DNA of 26,719 nucleotides, taken from contig DBOW01000086.1 of assembly GCA_002299675.1 (NCBI GenBank), positions 438 through 27,156 of the forward strand, in the 5' to 3' direction. Below the pieces are notes generated by a model. It did not search any database, was not told the origin of the DNA, and saw nothing but the letters and a program-made list of their open reading frames with translations. Shown here piece by piece: positions 9,364-17,253 of this stretch. This DNA comes from Solobacterium sp. UBA636. Lineage in GTDB: Bacteria; Bacillota_I; Bacilli_A; Erysipelotrichales; Erysipelotrichaceae. Within the stretch, counting starts at the first letter, position 1. The number at the start of each line of letters is the position of its first letter. A program made the position numbers and the translations under genes.

Positions 9364-10536
9364 ATGGTTTTCAATAAGACTGAAGAAACTTGGAAAGAAC
9401 TTGGTGCCTATTGGACTACTAAGGAAATCTTTCAGCAACCTGAAACATGGCTTAAGACATTCCAGCAGGTAAAGAACGAAAAGAATGAGATTAAAGCCCT
9501 GATTGATAAGGTAATTACTAATGATGATTACGACATTATTTTAACTGGTGCCGGTACTTCTGAATTTGTTGGTAATTCAATTTTCCCTTATCTTGCACCA
9601 TTAAATAAATTCAAGGTAAAGTCATACGGTACAACTGATATCGTTGCCTGCCCTGAAGATTATTTATCAAGAACTAAGCCAACATTATTAATATCTTTTG
9701 GCAGATCTGGTAACTCTCCTGAGTCTGTAGCTGCAGTTGAGTGTGCAAATACAGTATGCGAGAATATTTATCACCTGTTTGTTACTTGTAACCATGAGGG
9801 TGCTCTTTCAAAGTTCGCAGAAGGCAAGGATAACTGCTACGCAATCAACCTGACTCCTGAAACTCATGACCAGTCATTCGCAATGACTTCTTCATATTCA
9901 AATATGTATCTGGCAACAGTTCTTTCATTCTTAATTGACGAATTAGATGAAATTGAACCAACTATCAAGGAAATTGCTGCTAATACTGCTAAGTTCCATG
10001 CTGAATCATTTGAGAAGCTTGAGAAGATTGTTGATGAATTTGATTTTGACAGAATCGTTTACCTTGGCTCTAACTGCTTAAAGGGCGTTTCACAGGAATC
10101 AGCATTAAAGTGCTGTGAACTGACTGCTGGTGCAGTTATGACAACATTTGATACTACTATGGGCTTCAGACATGGTCCTAAGTCAGTTATCTGTCCTGGA
10201 TCTTTCGATATTATTTATCTGTCAGATGATCCATATACAAGACAGTATGACGTTGATATCGTTAAGGAAATGTCACCAGAGAGAAATGGAAATAAGCTGC
10301 TGGTAGTTTCTTCTTATGATGATCCAGAGGTAGCTAAGTTAGCTGATTACTTTATCAGTTTCGACAATAAGAACAGATACAACAATGTATTCTTAGGATT
10401 GGAATACATCAACGTTGCTCAGATTATCGCTGTTTTGAAGTCAATCAAGATGGGTGTTAAACCTGATACACCATGTCCATCAGGAACTGTCAATAGAGTT
10501 GTAAAGGGTGTTATAATTTACCCATATTCAAAGTAA
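9364..10536 (+). CDS. agaS: SIS-domain galactosamine-6-phosphate deaminase/isomerase (AgaS family)
   Basis: WTTKEIFQQP, LTGAGTSEFVG, SFGRSGNSPES, FAMTSS, GFRHGPKS, PCPSGTVNRVVKGV. ATG 9364 is better spaced from AGGAG (9349-9353) than TTG 9358. Confidence 0.9.
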   Translation: MVFNKTEETWKELGAYWTTKEIFQQPETWLKTFQQVKNEKNEIKALIDKVITNDDYDIILTGAGTSEFVGNSIFPYLAPLNKFKVKSYGTTDIVACPEDYLSRTKPTLLISFGRSGNSPESVAAVECANTVCENIYHLFVTCNHEGALSKFAEGKDNCYAINLTPETHDQSFAMTSSYSNMYLATVLSFLIDELDEIEPTIKEIAANTAKFHAESFEKLEKIVDEFDFDRIVYLGSNCLKGVSQESALKCCELTAGAVMTTFDTTMGFRHGPKSVICPGSFDIIYLSDDPYTRQYDVDIVKEMSPERNGNKLLVVSSYDDPEVAKLADYFISFDNKNRYNNVFLGLEYINVAQIIAVLKSIKMGVKPDTPCPSGTVNRVVKGVIIYPYSK

Positions 10537-10572
10537 TTTAAGTAATTTATTTTAATAACAAGGAGTACACAA

Positions 10573-11004
10573 ATGGTAGGATTAATCGTAACCGGACACG
10601 GACATTTTGCAACTGGCTTAACCAGCTCAGTTGATCTGATTGCTGGACCTCAGCCAAACTATGTAGCAGTAGATTTTGATGGCAATGGCACAGAGAAGCT
10701 TGAAGCAGATTTAAAGGCCGCATTCGAGACTTTAAAGGACTGCTCAGGAATAATAGTTTTCTCTGATCTGGCTGGAGGTTCTCCTTTTAAGACAGCAGCT
10801 CTAATTTCTGCCGGTAACGATAAGGTCAGAGTATTAGCTGGTACTAATCTTTCTATGCTATGTGAAATTTCTATGGCTAGAACCATGATTGACGATCTGG
10901 AAATGTTAGTATCAAGTGCTATTTCTGTAGGCAAAGACGGCGTTCAGATGTTTGAAATGCCAGTTATCAATAATGGACCTGCAGATGGCGATGATGGAAT
11001 CTAA
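10573..11004 (+). CDS. agaF: PTS mannose-family EIIA component (GalNAc/GalN type)
   Basis: LIVTGHGHFATG (phospho-His), DLAGGSPF, GTNL. AGGAG RBS; adjacent to agaS. Confidence 0.85.
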   Translation: MVGLIVTGHGHFATGLTSSVDLIAGPQPNYVAVDFDGNGTEKLEADLKAAFETLKDCSGIIVFSDLAGGSPFKTAALISAGNDKVRVLAGTNLSMLCEISMARTMIDDLEMLVSSAISVGKDGVQMFEMPVINNGPADGDDGI

Positions 11005-11041
11005 TAGGTCTGCTTATCACCAATAAATGCACAAAATTGTT

Positions 11042-11076
11042 GGCTCAGCTATTCTCCCTTTAGCTGGGCCCTTTTT
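11042..11076 (+). terminator. Intrinsic terminator after agaS-EIIA
   Basis: GGCTCAGCTA/TAGCTGGGCC stem followed by CTTTTT. Confidence 0.8.
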
Positions 11077-11218
11077 ATGTTTTAACTTCAAAACAGATAG
11101 AAAACAGGCTATTTTGACATGTTTTTTCATAGAAATCGCAAAAAAGTTGAAATTTCTGCAATTTAGGTGAGGAATTTTCAATTTTTTTGGCAATAACAAT
11201 AATAGGGAGGAAAAAATT

Positions 11219-12331
11219 GTGAAGGTTTACAGAGGGGTAAAATATCGGTTATATCCAAATGACGAACAGGTTCAGATCATTGAGAAAACTTTTGAATGCT
11301 GCCGCCAGCTGTGGAACAAAACGCTGGAACATAAACTGGAACTGTATGAGAAGTATAAAAAGAATATCAACATTAACTATACTGAACATATGGATGAATG
11401 TACCGGATATGATGAGGTTGATGAGATGGCTTTTGTGAATATATATTATGACCTTGAGAATTCGTTTAGAAAGTATATGAAGGGAGATGGCAAGCCGAAA
11501 TTCAAGTCGTGGAAAAATCCCAGAAGATCTTATCGCACTATAAATAAAAACGAATCGGTAATGATTGAAGACGGATATATCCATTTGCCTGTTGTTGGTA
11601 AAGTCAAAGCCCGTGGCTGGTTCGGCAAAGAGAATAATGGCATTTATTCAGTTACTGTAAAACGGCACGGGTCTGGAGAATATTTTGCTTCTGTGAACTA
11701 TATTGTTGATAGAAATGTAAAACGTGTTGTTCCCAGGAAAATCATCGGCCTTGATTATAAGGCAAAAGGTCTTTTTATGGACAGTAACGGAAGAATTGCG
11801 AAGGGCAGGGATTTCAACAAGGAAGCAGTGAAAAAGCTGCGAAGGGAGCACCGGCGTCTAACAAGGCGAATGGGTGCCAGGAAAGGAGAGGTTAAATCAA
11901 AGAATTATATTAAGCAGGAAAGAAAATATGCAAAGTGCTGTGAGAAGGTAGCCAATCAGAGAGATGACTTTCTGCATAAACTCTCACGTAGAGTGGTTAA
12001 TGAAAATGATGCTGTATGCATAGAAGATATGTCGATGAAGGATATATCAAAGAGGAAGCAGAAAATAAGATTCGCAAAATCAACTTACGAAAATGGTTAT
12101 TATCAGTTTACTCAGTATATGGCTTATAAGCTCGATGACGCAGGAAAAACTCTGGTTAAAGTGCCAAAGTACTTCCCATCGAGCCAGTTATGTTCAAAAT
12201 GCGGCACCCGCAATGATATTACATTGGACCAGCGTGTCTTTTATTGCCCGAAATGTCACAAGGCAATAGACAGAGATCTCAATGCCGCGATGAACATACG
12301 AAATAAGGGCAGACAAATGTTAAGCGTGTAG
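11219..12331 (+). CDS. tnpB: RNA-guided endonuclease TnpB (IS200/IS605 OrfB)
   Basis: N-terminal KYRLYPNDEQ..KTF..CR.LWN, PKFKS, RuvC-I IGLD, RuvC-II VCIED, zinc finger CSKCG...CPKC, RuvC-III DRDLNAAMNI. GTG start after AGGGAGG. Confidence 0.95.
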   Translation: MKVYRGVKYRLYPNDEQVQIIEKTFECCRQLWNKTLEHKLELYEKYKKNININYTEHMDECTGYDEVDEMAFVNIYYDLENSFRKYMKGDGKPKFKSWKNPRRSYRTINKNESVMIEDGYIHLPVVGKVKARGWFGKENNGIYSVTVKRHGSGEYFASVNYIVDRNVKRVVPRKIIGLDYKAKGLFMDSNGRIAKGRDFNKEAVKKLRREHRRLTRRMGARKGEVKSKNYIKQERKYAKCCEKVANQRDDFLHKLSRRVVNENDAVCIEDMSMKDISKRKQKIRFAKSTYENGYYQFTQYMAYKLDDAGKTLVKVPKYFPSSQLCSKCGTRNDITLDQRVFYCPKCHKAIDRDLNAAMNIRNKGRQMLSV

Positions 12332-12347
12332 ATTTCGATAAAACTGG

Positions 12348-12669
12348 ACTGGCTATTTCTCTAATGATGGTAAATGTAATTAACCGGGTATATAGTTTGA
12401 ATTACAAGCTTATCAAATGGCTCTGTTATTCCACGATCCGCTTGACAGCCAGGACCCTTCTCCCTGCACCCTCTAAAGACGCTTCGAAAGCCAAGCACAT
12501 ACTGGCTTCATGCGGCACACAATTCTAGCAGGGAGATAACCCAGCTTTCAAGCGACTTTCGCGGCATAAGACCGCCATTGATAAGATATATTATTTACTT
12601 ATATACCTCAGCCAGATTCTGGCCAAGCATACATCCAGCTCTGGCTGAATGACTGACTGGGCAGCCAAT
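12348..12669 (-). ncRNA. Unclassified ~320-nt structured non-coding element (long rod plus side hairpin), antisense to tnpB
   Basis: Nested helices 12387-94/12600-07, 12409-21/12574-85, 12431-36/12559-64, 12439-45/12548-54, 12447-53/12540-46, 12459-67/12528-36, 12488-94/12502-08. Hairpin 12608-16/12640-48; closing stem 12348-55/12662-69. Most imperfect pairs are G-U only on the minus strand. Confidence 0.5.
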
Positions 12670-12710
12670 ACAAGTAATCTTAGTTTCGATTTAAAACAAG
12701 TAAAAAAACA

Positions 12711-12825
12711 AATAGGGTGGGTGTCATCCGAATTTACGCCTGTGAAGATCATGTAAAACCATCAAGGATGGTAGTGGTCAATGAAGCAGGAAGTCTTTTT
12801 TCCCAAAAGACGGCACAGGCCCCAC
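12711..12825 (+). ncRNA. TnpB omegaRNA (reRNA) scaffold / right end
   Basis: AATAGGGTGG..CCGAATTTACGCCTGTG..GGTCAATGAAGCAGGAAG resembles Bacillota IS605 right ends as I recall them. Hairpins GGGTGG/TCATCC, GATCAT/GTGGTC, ACCATC/GATGGT, CCTGT/GCAGG and GTCTTTT/AAAAGAC, with G-U pairs on the plus strand. Confidence 0.75.
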
Positions 12826-12834
12826 ATGTCGTTT

Positions 12835-12872
12835 AAAAAAGGCAGCCGTCTTTTGTGCAAAAAGGCTCTGCC
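12835..12872 (-). terminator. Probable intrinsic terminator of the AraC gene
   Basis: Minus strand reads GGCAGAGCC...GGCTGCC followed by TTTTTT. Confidence 0.55.
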
Positions 12873-12971
12873 TGAATATGGTAACCACAGAAAACCGTTT
12901 CGAATAGGGAGACATTGTTATTTCCCATATTTATCTGACGTCTTTTGACCCGTTTCGAAACCGTTAGACTG

Positions 12972-14132
12972 TTACTGTACGATAGATTTAGCGTACGATG
13001 TTGGGGTTACGCCGTACTTCTCCTTAAACTTTCTGGAGAAGTAATGTATTGAGGAGAATCCGCACATGCGAGAAATCTCCGATATAGAGTAAGTGGAGTT
13101 CTTAATCATCTGTTTAGCTTTTGAGAACTTCAAATCAGATATGTACTGCTTAGGAGTTACATCAAGGTTGACTTTGAATAGAGTCTGTATTGATGAACGC
13201 GACATAGCGAATTTATAACATATATCCTCAACCGAAATTGGGGAGTAAATATTTTCCTGTATATAAAGAGCTATTTCACTAAGCAGTTCATTCTGATATC
13301 TTTGCTGCATTGAGGTATTCAAAGCGGGCTTCTTAACGGATTTGTGTTTTGAAAGAATTGTAACAACCAGCTGTTGAATGGAAGTAATCAGGATATCGTT
13401 CTGATATTCAAAAATGTCGGAACTGGCTCTTATAAAGTTTGAAAGGATATCAATTTCCTTCTGATCTATGTCAAAAATTTTGTTTTTGAGAATAGCTGCA
13501 TCATTTTCCGGTATCACCATATCAAAAATAATCGTCAGGTATGAACAAGTATTTTCTGTTCTTTGCGAATGTGGCTGACCGGGGGCGTAAAAAAGCAGAT
13601 TATGTGACTTAAGAACGTAGTCAACACCCGCAACTTCGGTTATGAGTTCGCCATCATCGATATAAGTTATTTCCCAGAAACTGTGAGTTTCGCCTGGAAA
13701 GTTATATTTTGGGCCTCTGACAAGATAGTATTCTCCAAGTATTGACTTTACAGAGATAGTAGGTATAAGCGGCCTGTAGGCAAATTCCGGTATTGGATAT
13801 TTACGTAGATTAGCCATATCTTCCGAAAGTTCTATTACGGCATTATCTGATACGCAGATAAAATTGTAGTAGACTCCCGGTAAAAGGTGTACGACTCTGT
13901 GGATAACAAATGACGTAGGCTTCTTGGTTAAATCAAAAGTACATAGCACAATGGCAATACCTTCTTTAACTTTAAAATACATATTTCCATTGGATTTGTA
14001 GAGATAGTCGACGCTTCTATTATTGATTTCGAGATAATTTCTTCCTTTGGATTTTGAGTTCTTCTTAGTTTTTTCACTGTATACTTCCCCGAAGGACTGG
14101 AAATCCATGTTAGTAGTTTTGTTGAATATCAT
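12972..14132 (-). CDS. AraC-family transcriptional regulator with cupin sensor domain(s)
   Basis: C-terminal double HTH (ISEISRMCGFSSIHYFSRKFKEKYGVTPTSY) and cupin motif GETHSFWEITYIDDG..PGQPH. Divergent from the PTS operon. Confidence 0.92.
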   Translation of the reverse strand: MIFNKTTNMDFQSFGEVYSEKTKKNSKSKGRNYLEINNRSVDYLYKSNGNMYFKVKEGIAIVLCTFDLTKKPTSFVIHRVVHLLPGVYYNFICVSDNAVIELSEDMANLRKYPIPEFAYRPLIPTISVKSILGEYYLVRGPKYNFPGETHSFWEITYIDDGELITEVAGVDYVLKSHNLLFYAPGQPHSQRTENTCSYLTIIFDMVIPENDAAILKNKIFDIDQKEIDILSNFIRASSDIFEYQNDILITSIQQLVVTILSKHKSVKKPALNTSMQQRYQNELLSEIALYIQENIYSPISVEDICYKFAMSRSSIQTLFKVNLDVTPKQYISDLKFSKAKQMIKNSTYSISEISRMCGFSSIHYFSRKFKEKYGVTPTSYAKSIVQ

Positions 14133-14303
14133 TTAAATGACCTCTTGTTTTTAATTTTACTAGCATTTTTGTATTTTTTAGTTGAAAAAGCTCCAAAAAT
14201 GGTAAAAAAGTAAAAGAAAATGAAGTTATTTATACCATTTTGGCTTTTTTAAAGTTTAATTATGTTAAAAAGTGCAAAGCAAAAAACGAAAAATGTAAAT
14301 AAA

Positions 14304-14326
14304 TGAAACCGTTTACTCTGTAGAAT
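14304..14326 (+). promoter_or_regulatory. cre (CcpA)-like site adjacent to the -10 (TAGAAT) of the PTS operon promoter
   Basis: TGAAACCGTTTACT (14304-14317) matches TGWAANCGNTNWCA at all but the last base. TAGAAT at 14321-14326; no strong -35, consistent with activator dependence. Confidence 0.6.
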
Positions 14327-14375
14327 ATAGTTATAGGCGAAAATCTGTTTCGCCGGGAAAGAAGAGGGAATACAT

Positions 14376-14852
14376 ATGCCTAATATCTTATTAACACGTA
14401 TCGACAACCGTCTTATCCATGGACAGGTTGCGACTCAGTGGACTAGCTCAATTGGCGCTAATCTGTTACTGTGTGCAAATGATGCAGTTGCAGCAGATTC
14501 TATGCGTCAGGGCTTGATGGCAATGGCTTGCCCAGCGCAGGCTCAGACTCGTTTTTTCAGTATTGAAAAAACATGTGCAATCATCGGCAAGGCTTCAGAA
14601 GCTCAGAAGATTTTCATTATCTGTGAAACTCCTCAGGATGTTCTAAGACTTGTTGAAGGTGGCGTTCCAATTAAGAGAGTTAACATTGGCAACATGCATA
14701 TGGCAGATGGCAAACGTCAGGTAGCCACTTCTGTTGCAGTAGATGATGACGATGTTAATACTTTCAAACGTCTTCAGGAATTAGGTGTTGAACTTTTCAT
14801 TCAGAGAGTTCCAACAACTGAAGTAGAAGACTTAAACAAATTATACAAATAA
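14376..14852 (+). CDS. agaV: PTS GalNAc-type EIIB component
   Basis: MPNILLTRIDNRLIHGQVATQW, VNIGNMHMADGKRQV. Confidence 0.9.
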   Translation: MPNILLTRIDNRLIHGQVATQWTSSIGANLLLCANDAVAADSMRQGLMAMACPAQAQTRFFSIEKTCAIIGKASEAQKIFIICETPQDVLRLVEGGVPIKRVNIGNMHMADGKRQVATSVAVDDDDVNTFKRLQELGVELFIQRVPTTEVEDLNKLYK

Positions 14853-14886
14853 TACTTATAAGAAAGGATAATCAGGGAATTATATA

Positions 14887-15672
14887 ATGAATGTAATTCA
14901 GATCGTATTATTGGCAGTTGTAACTTTCATTTTTGCAATTGACCAGTTCTCTTTAACTGAAACTTTATATCGTCCTATGGTAGCTTGTCCTATCATTGGT
15001 TTAATCCTTGGCGATGTAAAGACTGGCTTAGTTATCGGCGGTACATATGAACTTATGATGATCGGTAACATGCCTGTTGGTGGTGCTCAGCCTCCAAATG
15101 CTGTATTAGGTGCAATTGTATCTATGATCTTCGCTGTTAAGGCTGGTATGGATACTGACGCTGCACTTGGTGCTGCTGTAGTATTCTCTATGATGGGTCA
15201 GTATATCGTAACATTAGTATTTACAGTTATGTCTGGTTTAATGGCTTCAGCTGATAAAGCTGCTGAAGAAGCTAACCCTGCTGGAATTACTAAGGTTAAC
15301 GTTATCTCTTGCTGCTTATTAGGTGGATTATTTGCATTAATCGCAGTAATCGCTTACGTAGGTGGTGTTGCATTATCTACTCCTCTTCAGACATTAGCTA
15401 CAAAGGCTAGCTGGCTGATGGGCGGCTTAGGTGCTGCCGGCGGTATGATGCGCTACGTCGGTTTCGCTGTACTGCTGAAGATCATGCTCGCTAACGACAT
15501 GTGGGGCATCTACCTAGCCGGCTTTGCAGCTGCCGCTATCTTAGGTAACATTTCTGCAACTGCAGGAGCTACATTAATGTTAGTAGCATTCATTGGTGTT
15601 GCTATCGCTATGTACGACTTCAACACTAACATCAAGTTAAAGAATACAGGAGGAAGTTCAGATGGCATCTAA
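14887..15672 (+). CDS. PTS mannose-family EIIC component (AgaW/AgaC-like)
   Basis: YRPMVACPIIGLILGD..TGL.IGGTYEL, GGAQPPN; hydrophobic. Confidence 0.9.
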   Translation: MNVIQIVLLAVVTFIFAIDQFSLTETLYRPMVACPIIGLILGDVKTGLVIGGTYELMMIGNMPVGGAQPPNAVLGAIVSMIFAVKAGMDTDAALGAAVVFSMMGQYIVTLVFTVMSGLMASADKAAEEANPAGITKVNVISCCLLGGLFALIAVIAYVGGVALSTPLQTLATKASWLMGGLGAAGGMMRYVGFAVLLKIMLANDMWGIYLAGFAAAAILGNISATAGATLMLVAFIGVAIAMYDFNTNIKLKNTGGSSDGI

Positions 15673-16525
15673 TGCAACTGTTTATAAGGATCAAACTCCA
15701 GCTGCTGCTTTAGACAAAGCAACATTAAATAAGATGGTATGGAGATCATTAATGCTTCAGGCTTCTTTCAACTATGAAAGAATGCAGGCTGCAGGTTGGG
15801 AATACACTATTCTTCCTGGTCTTGAGAAAATCCATACAAATAAAGAAGACTTAGCTGCTTCTATGGGTCATAACCTTGAGTTCTTCAACACTCACCCATT
15901 CCTGGTAACATTAGTTGCAGGTATCGTTCTTTCATTAGAGCAGACTAAGGCTGATATTAACACTATCCGTGCCGTAAGAGTATCATGTGCTGGTCCTCTT
16001 GGTGGTATCGGTGATGCATTATTCTGGTTCACATTAGTACCAATTACTGCTGGTATTACTGCTAACTTAGCAATCGCAGGAAGCATTATTGGACCAATCA
16101 TTTACTTCGTAGTAATCTTTGGTGCTCAGATGGCTTTACGTTTCTTCTTAATGCACTGGTCTTACAACTTAGGTACTCAGGCTGTTGTTGCATTAACTAA
16201 GAACGCTACTGAATTCACACATGCTGCTTCTATGCTTGGTGTATTCGTAGTAGGTGCATTAACTTGTAACTATGGTGCTACATCATTAGGTATGGTAATT
16301 CCAAATGGTGAATCTGTAATCGATATCCAGAGCTTATTAAACGGTATCTTACCAGCATTAATTCCTCTGGCATTAACATTAATGTGCTACTTCTTAATCA
16401 AGAAGAAGGGCTGGACTCCAACTAAGTGTATCGGTTTATTATTAGTAATCGGTATCGTTGGCTGTATCTTCGGTATCTGGGCTGGTGATTACACTGCTTT
16501 AGTACCAGTTCCTTGGCACGCTTAA
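15662..16525 (+). CDS. PTS mannose-family EIID component (AgaE/AgaD-like)
   Basis: LQASFNYERMQA, FFNTHP, GPLGGIGDALFWFT. Overlaps EIIC. Confidence 0.92.
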   Translation: MASNATVYKDQTPAAALDKATLNKMVWRSLMLQASFNYERMQAAGWEYTILPGLEKIHTNKEDLAASMGHNLEFFNTHPFLVTLVAGIVLSLEQTKADINTIRAVRVSCAGPLGGIGDALFWFTLVPITAGITANLAIAGSIIGPIIYFVVIFGAQMALRFFLMHWSYNLGTQAVVALTKNATEFTHAASMLGVFVVGALTCNYGATSLGMVIPNGESVIDIQSLLNGILPALIPLALTLMCYFLIKKKGWTPTKCIGLLLVIGIVGCIFGIWAGDYTALVPVPWHA

Positions 16526-16563
16526 AAGCTTAAAAGCTAAACAAGCTCTTTTTTCCCGAAACC

Positions 16564-16592
16564 ATAATGCGTGGCCTGGCGCCACGCATTAT
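16564..16592 (+). terminator. Perfect 12-bp hairpin after EIID (weak terminator or mRNA stabiliser)
   Basis: ATAATGCGTGGC-CTGGC-GCCACGCATTAT with only a weak U-tract. Confidence 0.6.
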
Positions 16593-16609
16593 ATTTATAA
16601 GAGGTTTAC

Positions 16610-17242
16610 ATGAAAGACAAGTACTTAATAATTGCGACAGTTGTAGTTATTGGAATCGCTATTGCTACAATAATTTCCTATCTGAAAAAATCAATATATA
16701 AGAAAATGCTTATAGCTATGCAGATGAATGATCACAACGCTTTTTTAAATCTAACAAACAGTAAACTTACACAGTTTCTGTATTCTATGATGTGGATTGA
16801 TTCTATGCGTCTTGAAGAAGCTATAATGCGCAATAACAAAAAAGATGTAGCACATTATCTTGATAATCTTTCAAAACAGAAGCTGTCAGAAAAAAACGCA
16901 GAGAAAGTCTATGGGCAGGCCTTTAATTACTACTTATCTATAGGCGATACAGTAATGTGCACGAAATGGTACGAGAAAATTAAAGAACTTAAGAACGACC
17001 GCTTTAAAAGAGAGTTCGACAGGTCTTATAATATATATGTAGAAAAAGGTTATAAATTCCTTGAGGATATGCTTAACGAAATAGAATATATGGAACCAAG
17101 CAAAGCAGGTGTTCATGAGTATTTAATATCCTTAATGTATGCCAATAAGGGCGATGCTGCAAACGCCAAAAAATATAAAAAGCTCTCTGAGGAGCATCTG
17201 CAGCAGCTGGATGAAGAAATAAAGGAAAAACATAAAAAATAA
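16610..17242 (+). CDS. Hypothetical N-terminally membrane-anchored helical protein
   Basis: 210 aa with GAGG RBS and one N-terminal TM segment. The rest looks helical and possibly TPR-like (inference). Confidence 0.75.
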   Translation: MKDKYLIIATVVVIGIAIATIISYLKKSIYKKMLIAMQMNDHNAFLNLTNSKLTQFLYSMMWIDSMRLEEAIMRNNKKDVAHYLDNLSKQKLSEKNAEKVYGQAFNYYLSIGDTVMCTKWYEKIKELKNDRFKREFDRSYNIYVEKGYKFLEDMLNEIEYMEPSKAGVHEYLISLMYANKGDAANAKKYKKLSEEHLQQLDEEIKEKHKK

Positions 17243-17253
17243 GGAGGATTAAA

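Larger units (their letters stand above)
11077..12825 (+). mobile_element. IS200/IS605-family tnpB-only (IS1341-like) element; boundaries approximate
   Basis: tnpB without tnpA, an upstream imperfect inverted repeat (11138-11191) and a downstream omegaRNA/right-end-like sequence. It lies between the EIIA terminator and the AraC terminator. Confidence 0.6.

Noticed and set aside
11017..11199. 60-aa minus-strand ORF upstream of tnpB as a tnpA remnant
   Set aside because: No HUH/Y1 or serine-recombinase motif, and it overlaps a terminator and an inverted repeat.
11219..12331. Nuclease-dead TldR repressor
   Set aside because: All three RuvC catalytic residues appear intact.
12332..12710. IStron group I intron, 6S RNA, SRP RNA or RNase P
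   Set aside because: I found no recognisable catalytic-core or family motifs and no large central bubble. IStron intron cores lie upstream of tnpB, not downstream.
12889..12904. AAACCGTTT shared between the omegaRNA-downstream region and the cre box of the PTS promoter (14306-14314), as a possible guide-target pair
   Set aside because: Only 9 nt match, mismatches fall in what would be the seed, and the guide boundary is uncertain. Compatible with chance.
12786..12965. CRISPR array
   Set aside because: Repeats are short, degenerate and only two or three copies, and no cas genes are present. Kept only as a repeat observation.
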